Under the pieces are notes generated by a model. It ran no database searches. It was not told the DNA's origin and saw only the letters and a list, made by a program, of their open reading frames with translations. DNA of 32,000 bases from Candidatus Electrothrix sp. GW3-4 (GTDB lineage: Bacteria; Desulfobacterota; Desulfobulbia; Desulfobulbales; Desulfobulbaceae): NCBI RefSeq assembly GCF_037902255.1, contig NZ_CP147990.1, positions 4,020,001 through 4,052,000 on the forward strand, written 5' to 3'. The position numbers and the translations under genes are program-made. This document shows positions 1 to 7,831 of the stretch, in pieces (position 1 is the first letter of the stretch; each line of letters begins with the position of its first letter).

Positions 1-1328
1 GTCACGATGAAGAGAAGGAGACCGAGGGCAAAGGCCGCCATGGTCTTGGGGCTGTCAAATTCCTGATCACCAACCAGCAGGGTGACGATCTGGACCGTCA
101 CCGTGGTCACCGTCTCAAGGGGATTTGCCGTAAGGCGGGCAGAGAGCCCGGCCGCCATAACCACAATCATGGTCTCGCCAATGGCCCGGGAGACAGCGAG
201 CAAGACACCCCCGACAATACCGGGCAGCGCGGCAGGCAGAACAACCTGCATGACGGTCTCATTCTTAGTGGCCCCCAAACCATAAGAGCCGTCCCGCAAG
301 GCCTGGGGGACGGCATTGATCACATCGTCAGAAAGAGAGGAGACAAAGGGAATGATCATAATCCCCATAACCAAACCAGCTGCTAGGGCACTTTCCGACG
401 ACACATCCAGGCCGATGAACGTTCCTGCCTGGCGAATAAAGGGCGCAACAATAAGGGCGGCAAAGAAGCCATAAACGACCGTAGGAATCCCGGCCAGAAT
501 CTCCAATAAGGGCTTCACCACGGCCCGGAAGGTATGGCCTGCATATTCTGATAAATAGACAGCAGAGAGCAGCCCCACCGGAACGGCCACAAGCATGGCA
601 ATGGCCGTGATCATAAAGGTGCCTGCCATAACCGGGACAGCACCAAAGCTGCCGGAACTCCCTGCCTGGTCCGCCCGCATGGCCATCTGGGGGCTCCATT
701 TCAAGCCAAAAAGGAAATCAGGCACAGAGATATGCTGAAAAAAACGGATGGATTCAAAGAGAACCGAGAGCACGATCCCGACAGTGCAGAAGATAGCCAG
801 GGTGGAACAGCCGATGAGCGCATAACGAATAAGGCGCTCCACCTGATTGCGGGCCCGTAAGGCAGGTCGTATCCGACGATAGACCAGGACAAAGGCCATA
901 ATGGAGGTAGAGAGAATAAGCACGGCAAGGGCTACCGAGCTGATAAATTCCAGGCGATGATAAAAGTCCGCTGCTGCCAGCATGGCCGGTTCGACATCCC
1001 CGGCAGCAACATGGCCTGCAATGAGATTGTGGAGATCATTGAGGAGCAGGTTAAGCTGATCCAGAGAGCGGCTCTGCATATCCTCAGGCAGGGTACGCAG
1101 GACAAAGCCCGTCAGAATCCAGTCCGAGGTCATCAGCCAAAACAGGTACAAAAGCAGCCCTGGAGTGCCGCACCAGAAGGCGGTCAGCAGGCCATAATAG
1201 GTGGGCCGGGAATGGAGCTTGGTGCCCTCTCCCTGCCGTGCCTTGCTGCTCAGGGCAAAGGCCTTTTCCCGTCCCTGCCAATAGGCAAGAGCGCTCAGTA
1301 TGCATAATGCTGCCGGAATATATAACAT
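1..1328 (-). CDS. pstC: phosphate ABC transporter permease PstC, long form; C-terminus lies beyond the window edge
   Basis: Hand translation of the minus strand from ATG at 1328 (MLYIPAALCILSALAYWQGRE...) stays open for 442 codons to position 1. It contains PstC-like segments FGAVPVMAGTFMITAIAMLVAVPVGL and the ABC-permease EAA-type loop LAVSRAIGETMIVVMAAG. It lies directly downstream of phoU. The M-start ORFs listed at 82-1307 are out-of-frame artefacts. Confidence 0.85.
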   Translation of the reverse strand, partial: MLYIPAALCILSALAYWQGREKAFALSSKARQGEGTKLHSRPTYYGLLTAFWCGTPGLLLYLFWLMTSDWILTGFVLRTLPEDMQSRSLDQLNLLLNDLHNLIAGHVAAGDVEPAMLAAADFYHRLEFISSVALAVLILSTSIMAFVLVYRRIRPALRARNQVERLIRYALIGCSTLAIFCTVGIVLSVLFESIRFFQHISVPDFLFGLKWSPQMAMRADQAGSSGSFGAVPVMAGTFMITAIAMLVAVPVGLLSAVYLSEYAGHTFRAVVKPLLEILAGIPTVVYGFFAALIVAPFIRQAGTFIGLDVSSESALAAGLVMGIMIIPFVSSLSDDVINAVPQALRDGSYGLGATKNETVMQVVLPAALPGIVGGVLLAVSRAIGETMIVVMAAGLSARLTANPLETVTTVTVQIVTLLVGDQEFDSPKTMAAFALGLLLFIV

Positions 1329-1391
1329 ATCGTCCTTGATCCGTATTGTACGGTTCTTGCGGTTCTGGTTCAGCTGAGAAAACGACTTCTC

Positions 1392-2123
1392 CTACTCGTT
1401 TCTGATGATATCCCCTTCAACAAGGTAAATCACCTCTTCCGCTATATTGCAGGCCCGATCACCGATACGCTCCAAATGACGAGAGAGCAGGTACATGTTC
1501 AGGAGGGCGGCAGCGTGGCCGGTTTCCGCATCAAGCTCCTCAACCACGGCCCTATAGGCCTTATCCCGCAAGGCATCAACCTCCTCATCGTCAATAAATA
1601 TCCTGCGGGCAAAATCTGCGTTTTCGGTCAGCAGGGCGTCCAGGCTCATCTTGATCATCCCCAGGACCTTGACTGCCATAGGTGTATAATCCACCGCAAA
1701 GGAGTCACCGCCCTTTTTCTGGATAATCTGGACCCGTCGGGCAATACTGACCGCCATATCGCCGATACGTTCCAATTCGTTGTTGATCTTGATAATGGCA
1801 ACGATCAGGCGCAGGTCACTGGCCACAGGTTGGTGCAGGGCCAGGACCTTGAGGCATTCCTCCTCGATCTGCACCTCCATATGATCAATCTCGTTATCGG
1901 TGCGGATGATCTCCCCGGCCAGCTCATTATCGCCGTTTTCCAGGACAATGCAGGCCTTGCGCAGCCGATCTTCGACCAAGGCTCCAAGCTCGATAAACAT
2001 CTTCTTCAGTACATCAATTTCCCGATGCAGCGTTCGGTTGATTATTTTTTTATCAGGCACCCTTTTCTCCAAAATCCTGCGGTAAAGGCAAGTTGTACAG
2101 GAATCGTTTATCGTTCTCTTCAT
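1392..2123 (-). CDS. phoU: phosphate signalling/transport regulator PhoU
   Basis: 243-aa ORF with both PhoU repeats (ELERIGDMAVSIARR and HLERIGDRACNIAEEV). An alternative GTG start at 2060 has a better SD (GGAGAAAAGG then GTG) and gives a more typical 222 aa. Confidence 0.9.
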   Translation of the reverse strand: MKRTINDSCTTCLYRRILEKRVPDKKIINRTLHREIDVLKKMFIELGALVEDRLRKACIVLENGDNELAGEIIRTDNEIDHMEVQIEEECLKVLALHQPVASDLRLIVAIIKINNELERIGDMAVSIARRVQIIQKKGGDSFAVDYTPMAVKVLGMIKMSLDALLTENADFARRIFIDDEEVDALRDKAYRAVVEELDAETGHAAALLNMYLLSRHLERIGDRACNIAEEVIYLVEGDIIRNE

Positions 2124-2171
2124 TTTCTCGCATAAATTGGCTTGATAGTACCGAGGAGCGATTACGGCTCG

Positions 2172-2204
2172 GTTAATATCTTATTAGAATCATGTTAGCA
2201 ATCT
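2172..2204. promoter_or_regulatory. candidate Pho box A: three 11-bp phased (G/A)TTA(A/G) repeats upstream of phoU
   Basis: GTTAATATCTT|ATTAGAATCAT|GTTAGCAATCT. On the minus strand this reads CTAACAT-gatt-CTAATAA-gata-TTAACCG, i.e. 7-bp direct repeats with 4-bp AT-rich spacers as in the E. coli Pho box CTGTCAT-AAAA-CTGTCAT. It is 17/22 identical to the site at 2735-2756. Confidence 0.45.
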
Positions 2205-2346
2205 CTTCCAGAGCCATTCCTTCTCGGCCCCAGCAAGATAACGGCATCTTAACAAAATGATAACAGCAATATAATATCAGAGATGTAGCGTACAGTCGGT
2301 TCAGCACTCACCATACATTTCGCTCCAGGTGATAACCTCAATAAAG

Positions 2347-2541
2347 ATGAAGACGATGCAGCAGAAGACGGAACAAAGAATGGAACGTGCGTTGGAAAAG
2401 GCCGCAAAGATGATCTGCACCCTCAAGTGTGGACTCTGTCCCATCCGGGAAGAAAATTTTTCTGGTTGCCCCTGGCAATGCACGGAAGAGACACGCCCCT
2501 GGCAATGCTGGGTTGCCCATCTCCAGGAGCCAACAAGGTAA
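2347..2541 (+). CDS. candidate Cys-rich small protein (64 aa), unverified
   Basis: MKTMQQKTEQRMERALEKAAKMICTLKCGLCPIREENFSGCPWQCTEETRPWQCWVAHLQEPTR with Cys pattern C-x3-C-x2-C-x9-C-x3-C-x8-C. A 14-nt exact repeat lies 27 nt (9 codons) apart and encodes PWQC twice in frame. There is no good SD, so confidence is low. Confidence 0.25.
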   Translation: MKTMQQKTEQRMERALEKAAKMICTLKCGLCPIREENFSGCPWQCTEETRPWQCWVAHLQEPTR

Positions 2542-2579
2542 CCGTGATCTTCCCCACACCAAGGCCTGCCTCTTTCTCC

Positions 2580-2681
2580 AACCTCTGTTCGAGTCTTCTC
2601 CGATCATACGTTCGGGCTCTCCTCGATCGTACGATCGGGCTTTCTCCAATCGCACGATTGAGATCTTGTTCAACAGAGGTT
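2580..2681. repeat. 10-bp perfect inverted repeat enclosing three 23-bp tandem units, each with a 14-bp palindrome
   Basis: AACCTCTGTT (2580-2589) is the reverse complement of AACAGAGGTT (2672-2681). The palindromes are CGATCAtaCGTTCG (2601-2614), CGATCGtaCGATCG (2624-2637) and CAATCGcaCGATTG (2647-2660), with centres exactly 23 bp apart. Each is preceded by YTCTCC. Confidence 0.7.
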
Positions 2682-2734
2682 CCACTTTTCCCATCCCCTT
2701 GTCTGCAACGATTTTACAAATCAATGAGACTCCT

Positions 2735-2756
2735 GTTAGAATTATGTTAGTTCTCT
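2735..2756. promoter_or_regulatory. candidate Pho box B: two 11-bp phased GTTAG repeats upstream of phoB
   Basis: GTTAGAATTAT|GTTAGTTCTCT. On the minus strand this reads CTAACAT-aatt-CTAACAG, followed 16 nt later by TAAAAT (2711-2716). It has the same absolute orientation as box A. Confidence 0.45.
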
Positions 2757-2828
2757 GTTTTTTCTTTGCAAGGATGGGCCGAACTGCTACTTATAACGGT
2801 ATGAATCGACAAAAAAGAGAGGCTCTCT

Positions 2829-3524
2829 GTGAGTAAGGCGAACATCTTGGTGGTAGAGGATGACATGGATATCCAGCAGCTGGTCAGTTATCATCTGATT
2901 AGGACCGGATATAATGTCCGTTGTGCGGACAGCGGTGAGCAGGGCCTGCAGCTCCTGGCCGAAGAAAACATTTCCGCAGTCATCCTGGACCTCATGCTGC
3001 CTGGAAAGAATGGTATGGAGGTCTGCACTGACATCAGAAAGGACCCCCGGAATCAACACGTCCCTGTTATTATGCTAACCGCCTTGGGCGAAGAGGATGA
3101 TATTGTGGCAGGCCTGGACGGCGGTGCTGATGATTACGTGACCAAGCCCTTCAGTCCCAAGGTGCTGATGGCCAGGGTCGAGGCCATTCTCCGTCGGGAC
3201 GCGGATAAAAGAACAATGGATCCTGAGGCGGAAGAGGTTATCACAATCCATAACCTGCGGATCACGCCCAGACGACACGAGGTCCTGCTTGCGGGCACAC
3301 CTGCCCAACTGACCACTACCGAATTCACGATCCTACTCCTGCTCGCCCGTCGGCCGGGCTGGGTCTTCAGCAGGCAACAGATTATCGATCAGGTCCGTGG
3401 CTATGATTATTCCGTGACCCCCAGAGCAGTGGACGTACAGATCTTCGGCCTGCGCAAGAAGCTGGGCAATACCGGGAAAAATATCGAAACCGTCCGAGGT
3501 ATCGGGTACCGGTTGAAGGAGTAG
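2829..3524 (+). CDS. phoB: OmpR-family response regulator, PhoB-like
   Basis: 231 aa with a GTG start. It has a receiver domain (ILVVEDD, ILDLMLPG, VTKPF) plus a winged-helix C-terminus (VDVQIFGLRKKL, TVRGIGYRL). It abuts a PhoR-like kinase and faces phoU-pstC. Confidence 0.85.
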   Translation: MSKANILVVEDDMDIQQLVSYHLIRTGYNVRCADSGEQGLQLLAEENISAVILDLMLPGKNGMEVCTDIRKDPRNQHVPVIMLTALGEEDDIVAGLDGGADDYVTKPFSPKVLMARVEAILRRDADKRTMDPEAEEVITIHNLRITPRRHEVLLAGTPAQLTTTEFTILLLLARRPGWVFSRQQIIDQVRGYDYSVTPRAVDVQIFGLRKKLGNTGKNIETVRGIGYRLKE

Positions 3525-3525
3525 G

Positions 3526-5331
3526 ATGATACGACGACGCCCCCTCTTTTGGCAGATATTTCCGGTCAGTCTGTTGATCAGCCTCTGTACGGTGCTGGCG
3601 GTGAGCTGGTATGCCACCACGACCTTTAAGAAGTTTTATTATGATCAGATGGTGGAGGATATCGAGGCCCGGGCGCTGTTATTAGAGCAGAAGATCCTCG
3701 ACCTGATCCTGGAGTCCCCGGATGCCCTTCAGAAATTCTGCCGTCAAGCCGGACGACGGGCCCATACCCGGATTACCGTGGTTGCCCCGGACGGAGTCGT
3801 GCTGGCAGATTCTAATGAGGATCCGCAGCGCATGGAACGACACGGCAAGCGCCCAGAGATCACCCAGGCCTATAGTGGACAAACCGGCTCCTCCCTCCGT
3901 CTCTCCAAGACCCTGCATCAGGACATGCTCTATGTGGCCATCCCTCTGCGGCTCAGGTCGATCAGTCCACCGGCCGCACTCCGCTTGTCCGTGCCAGCCA
4001 CGGCCCTGAATACGGTCCTGAGGACCATCCGCACCCGGGTCTTTCTGGCCTCGCTGCTGATTATCCTGCTGGCGGCAGTCTTTTCCCGCCAACTGGCCCT
4101 GCGTATCAGTCGTCCCCTGGAAAAAATCAAGCAAGGGGCCGAACAACTTTCTTCAGGAGAAAAGACCCGGCTGGTTACCATCCATGAACATGGGCTCTCT
4201 CTGGAGATGACGGGCCTCATTCTCTCGCTTAACCACATGGCAGAGCAGCTTATGGAGCGAATTCTCCTCACTCGTCGCCAGCATAATGAGCTGGAGGCCG
4301 TCTTCTCCTCTATGACCGAGGCCGTGCTGGCCGTGGATGCTGAGGAGTGTGTGATCCGACTGAATCGGGCCGCTGGCTCTCTCTTCTGCATTGACCCCCA
4401 ACGGAGCAAGGACAGGCCTGTGCAGGGGATGTTGCGCAATCCTGAGCTCATGGAGATGATCCGGGCGACCTTGCGCAGCAATAACTCGACAGATGCCGAA
4501 ATAGAACTCTTTGACGGCCAGCAACGGACTCTCCTGGAGGTGCGGGTCGTGCCCCTGCAGGATAATGCCCAGCAACCCATTGGCGCCTTGCTGGTGATGA
4601 ATGACGTCACCCGCATCAATCGCCTGGAAAATGTCCGCCGGGATTTTGTCGCCAATGTCTCCCATGAATTGAAGACCCCGATCACTGTGATCAAGGGGTA
4701 TGTGGAGACCTTACTGGACGGGGGACTGGATGCCCATGCCGACGGCAAGAGCTTCCTTCAGATCGTCCTGCGTCAGGCCGGACGTCTGGATGCGATTATT
4801 GACGACCTCCTCAGCCTCTCCCGGATTGAAAACCAGGTGTGCAACAACGAGAGCTCTCTTGAACTGAGCCTGACGGAACTCAATCCGACCCTGCGAGCGG
4901 CCTTGCAGACCTGTGAGCTCAAGGCCGGGGAAAAACAGATAGGCCTTGAACTCCATTGCCCGCCGGACCTCAAGGCGATCCATAATCCAGCCCTGCTGGA
5001 AGAGGCAGTGATCAACCTGCTCGGCAATGCCATGGCCTATAGCCCTGCCGGTTCGTCCGTTATTCTCCGGGCAACATCCCAACAGGAGAGCGACAAGAAG
5101 AAATGGGTGAGGATTATGGTTGAGGATGAGGGATGTGGGATTCAGCGAGAGCATCTGGACCGCATCTTTGAGCGCTTTTATCGCTGCGATAAGGCGCGGA
5201 GCCGGGAAAATGGTGGAACGGGTTTGGGTCTCTCCATCGTCAAGCATATCGCCCAAACCCACGGCGGCAGCGTTGAGGTGGAAAGTCAGTTCGGCAAAGG
5301 CTCAACCTTTACCCTGAGGCTGCCAGGGTGA
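3526..5331 (+). CDS. phoR: sensor histidine kinase, PhoR-like
   Basis: 601 aa: TM helix, extracytoplasmic segment of about 150 aa, second TM helix, HAMP-like linker and a PAS-like region. H-box FVANVSHELKTPITVIKGY; HATPase motifs LLGNAMAY, DEGCGI and GGTGLGLSIVKHI. Confidence 0.8.
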   Translation: MIRRRPLFWQIFPVSLLISLCTVLAVSWYATTTFKKFYYDQMVEDIEARALLLEQKILDLILESPDALQKFCRQAGRRAHTRITVVAPDGVVLADSNEDPQRMERHGKRPEITQAYSGQTGSSLRLSKTLHQDMLYVAIPLRLRSISPPAALRLSVPATALNTVLRTIRTRVFLASLLIILLAAVFSRQLALRISRPLEKIKQGAEQLSSGEKTRLVTIHEHGLSLEMTGLILSLNHMAEQLMERILLTRRQHNELEAVFSSMTEAVLAVDAEECVIRLNRAAGSLFCIDPQRSKDRPVQGMLRNPELMEMIRATLRSNNSTDAEIELFDGQQRTLLEVRVVPLQDNAQQPIGALLVMNDVTRINRLENVRRDFVANVSHELKTPITVIKGYVETLLDGGLDAHADGKSFLQIVLRQAGRLDAIIDDLLSLSRIENQVCNNESSLELSLTELNPTLRAALQTCELKAGEKQIGLELHCPPDLKAIHNPALLEEAVINLLGNAMAYSPAGSSVILRATSQQESDKKKWVRIMVEDEGCGIQREHLDRIFERFYRCDKARSRENGGTGLGLSIVKHIAQTHGGSVEVESQFGKGSTFTLRLPG

Positions 5332-5342
5332 TTCCTCTGTCT

Positions 5343-6236
5343 TCATGCCTTTTCTTTCTGCCGCAACAGTACCATCTCACCACCATCCCCTTTGAGAAAA
5401 CCCGGCCCAAAGCCCTGCCGCTCCGTGAGATGGAGGGCCACCTGGCTGCATTTCACGGTAAAGAGGAAAAAGATTGGGGCAGAGACCTCAGACAGGGTTT
5501 CAAAATTCCCCATCCCCTTGCTGATAATCAGGTCTGCGGCCTGGAAATGTTCTCTAAAGTCCTCAGAACAGGCATCCAGCGGTGTGCCCGGACAGCGGGT
5601 TCCATTACTGATGACGGTACAAATATCATCCAGCCCACAGGCTTGGGCATCAGCCAAGGTTGCATCATTGATGACAGGCTGGTCCCGAACCGCCGCCGTT
5701 ACCTGACAACCTGATCTGTTCAGCTGCTTGATCAGAAGGCTGTCAAAAACGATCTCACCGCAATTGTCGCAAAGATAGAGAACCTTGGGCCTGCCCTGCA
5801 GGGCCTCAACAAAGGTGGGATAATCATCCCAAACAAACTCGCGATCAAAGCATTCCTGAATGGTCCTTGCCGCATCAAAACTATGCAAGGCCCCGTAGTC
5901 AATGATGTTGCCACCGATAGCGACTCGCACTGCTGCCCGCAGTGGATCCTCTGCCGCTAGAATACGCTGCTCAACCTCATCCAGTATGGCAAGGGCAAAG
6001 GCATTCCCCTCCTGCTTGACCCGGGCAAAGGGATCGTCCTCTCCCAAGATCTCTGCAAAGAGAGCATAGAGTCCTGTCGCATTTTCCGGCGGGGAGAGCT
6101 CCGTGTCCACCTGCTCCATATAGCGGCCTGCGCCATCAAGGAGCTGCCGTTGCAGAAGAGGATCCTCCGTGGTCAATAGGCCAGTGGACCTGGCCTGGCG
6201 CATAAAACAGACTATGCAGTCAAGGGTGGTTCGCAT
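5343..6236 (-). CDS. DUF89 / ARMT1-like (damage-control phosphatase family) protein
   Basis: ORF 5343-6437 trimmed to ATG 6236, which has AGGA upstream and clears the upstream gene's stop at 6247. The product is 297 aa with DUF89-type motifs CDNCGEIVFD and ISKGMGNFE. Confidence 0.7.
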   Translation of the reverse strand: MRTTLDCIVCFMRQARSTGLLTTEDPLLQRQLLDGAGRYMEQVDTELSPPENATGLYALFAEILGEDDPFARVKQEGNAFALAILDEVEQRILAAEDPLRAAVRVAIGGNIIDYGALHSFDAARTIQECFDREFVWDDYPTFVEALQGRPKVLYLCDNCGEIVFDSLLIKQLNRSGCQVTAAVRDQPVINDATLADAQACGLDDICTVISNGTRCPGTPLDACSEDFREHFQAADLIISKGMGNFETLSEVSAPIFFLFTVKCSQVALHLTERQGFGPGFLKGDGGEMVLLRQKEKA

Positions 6237-6246
6237 GGGGTTCCTG

Positions 6247-7038
6247 TTAATGAGAGGGAGATTCCTGAAGGAGGAGGTAATCCTGGCGAACATTGCCCAG
6301 GGCAGCAAAAACATGGTCCCGGCTGCCTGGGATCTGCTCGTACATCTGCGCCAGCAAGCCACGGATGTCCTGCCGGCGGGTCTGCTCTGATACAGGGCAG
6401 TCTGAGGCCACCGGGTCCAGGCCCAGCCGTCCACCAATGGCCCGGATCTCCTCTTTCACCAGATAGGCCAAGGGGCGGATCAGGGCAAGGCGACCGGAAA
6501 AGAGCACCTGCTTAGGGCGCATGGTACTGATATTACCGCTACAGGTGAGATTGATAAAAAAGGTCTCCACGATATCATCCCGGTGATGGCCCAGGGCGAT
6601 GGTGTTGAAGCCCTGGGCACGGGCGTGCTCAAAGAGGAGACGGCGGCGGTTGCGAGCACATTGAAAACAGATACCTGAAGTATCAGCTCTGGCATCAACT
6701 CCATCCTCACCCTGCTGCGTATCGGGCAACGCAGGCAGCTCTCCAGGTAAGACCTGGCAGGAAAGGCCCAGGAGAGCAAGTCGATCACGGATAAGACCGG
6801 CCCGTTGCCCTGCCCCGGCCTCCGGCACGTCCGCTGGGCGCATATCCACATAGACGGCCTGGACCTCATAAGCAATAGGTGCCTTGTTCCGCCAAGTATG
6901 GAGCAGCCAGGCCAGGACCAGGGAATCAACACCGCCAGAGACCGCAACCAGGACCCGGTCACCATCAGCCAACATGGAATAATCCAACATGGCCTTGGCA
7001 ATACGCCGATTTTCTCCGGCTTTCAGGATGGTCTTCAT
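6247..7038 (-). CDS. PP-loop ATPase, tRNA 2-thiocytidine TtcA-family protein
   Basis: ORF trimmed to ATG 7038 (MKTILKAGENRR...), giving 263 aa. It has the PP-loop VAVSGGVDS, CFQCARNRRR and ALGHHRDDIVETF. Confidence 0.7.
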   Translation of the reverse strand: MKTILKAGENRRIAKAMLDYSMLADGDRVLVAVSGGVDSLVLAWLLHTWRNKAPIAYEVQAVYVDMRPADVPEAGAGQRAGLIRDRLALLGLSCQVLPGELPALPDTQQGEDGVDARADTSGICFQCARNRRRLLFEHARAQGFNTIALGHHRDDIVETFFINLTCSGNISTMRPKQVLFSGRLALIRPLAYLVKEEIRAIGGRLGLDPVASDCPVSEQTRRQDIRGLLAQMYEQIPGSRDHVFAALGNVRQDYLLLQESPSH

Positions 7039-7067
7039 GGGCGGATCAGTACTTGCGGAAACAGCTC

Positions 7068-7724
7068 TTATTCCTCTTCCGCAAGGTAGGGGCATTTTCC
7101 CAACCGATTGCGCAGCCCCTTTGTCATAAACTGCTCAGCCGTGAGCCAGGTCAGGGCCCCGCCAGTGCCCTCACGAAAACTCAGGAGGTTTTCCAGCAGG
7201 GATTGCTGTTCAGCATCAAAGCTGTCCTGACAGAGCACCTTACCGTCCGGCATGGCCAGCAGACGATAGGCAAAGGCAACAGAGGCTGGTTCTTTGGCGG
7301 TCATCTCGCCGCCAACCCGCTCTTTATAGCGATGCAGAGTGGTTTCCAGCACGGCATTACAGCTGAGCTTATCAGCAAAAGACTTGGCTCGTTCCAGGGA
7401 AGGTGCAGCTGACACCCCCTCCATCGCCCCGAACTGTCCATCGCTGAACAGCCGCACATCCTGCCTGCTGAGAAAATGTTTTTGCAAGAACTTATTGAAA
7501 TAGTAGAGCCCGTCTTCCAGTTCTTTTTTCTCTATCTTGGAAAGCAACTCACTGTCCAAGGGCGTACCACTGGTTGCCGGGGCAACAGCAACACAGGTTA
7601 CAGCAAAATCAGGCGCCTGGGCTGCGCTTTTCACTCTCTTCTGGCTGCATCCGCTGCTCAAGATCGACAGAGCAAATATTGCCAGCAAAGCGCATCCTCT
7701 GATACTGCATCCTTTCTCAATCAT
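7068..7724 (-). CDS. hypothetical lipoprotein
   Basis: ORF trimmed to ATG 7724, giving 218 aa. The signal peptide has a lipobox (ALLAIFALSILSSGC). I recognise no family. Confidence 0.5.
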   Translation of the reverse strand: MIEKGCSIRGCALLAIFALSILSSGCSQKRVKSAAQAPDFAVTCVAVAPATSGTPLDSELLSKIEKKELEDGLYYFNKFLQKHFLSRQDVRLFSDGQFGAMEGVSAAPSLERAKSFADKLSCNAVLETTLHRYKERVGGEMTAKEPASVAFAYRLLAMPDGKVLCQDSFDAEQQSLLENLLSFREGTGGALTWLTAEQFMTKGLRNRLGKCPYLAEEE

Positions 7725-7831
7725 TTGTCCCCCCAAGGCAAAGCTCTTTTTATAGTTTTCTTTTCCCCAACAACCAGGAAAAGATACCAAACAAAATCTC
7801 AGAAAATTCGAAATTCCTCACTTCGGAACTC

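Noticed and set aside
82-1307. Five short M-start ORFs listed in the track (82-285, 328-699, 701-928, 957-1307, 1084-1305)
   Set aside because: All are out of frame with, or antisense to, the continuous 442-codon PstC reading frame that runs off the window edge. Their products are Cys/Arg/Pro-rich nonsense.
2595-2663. Possible CRISPR-like array (regular short repeats)
   Set aside because: The units are contiguous 23-bp repeats with no spacers, there are only three copies, and no cas genes are present. It is reported instead as a palindrome array.
2338-2836. ORFs of 107-135 aa in the pho spacer (2338-2724 minus, 2427-2750 plus, 2429-2836 plus)
   Set aside because: They mutually overlap, are repeat-driven (e.g. 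SPIIRSGSPRSYDRAFSNRTIE arises from the 23-bp repeats), lack SDs and have no family resemblance.
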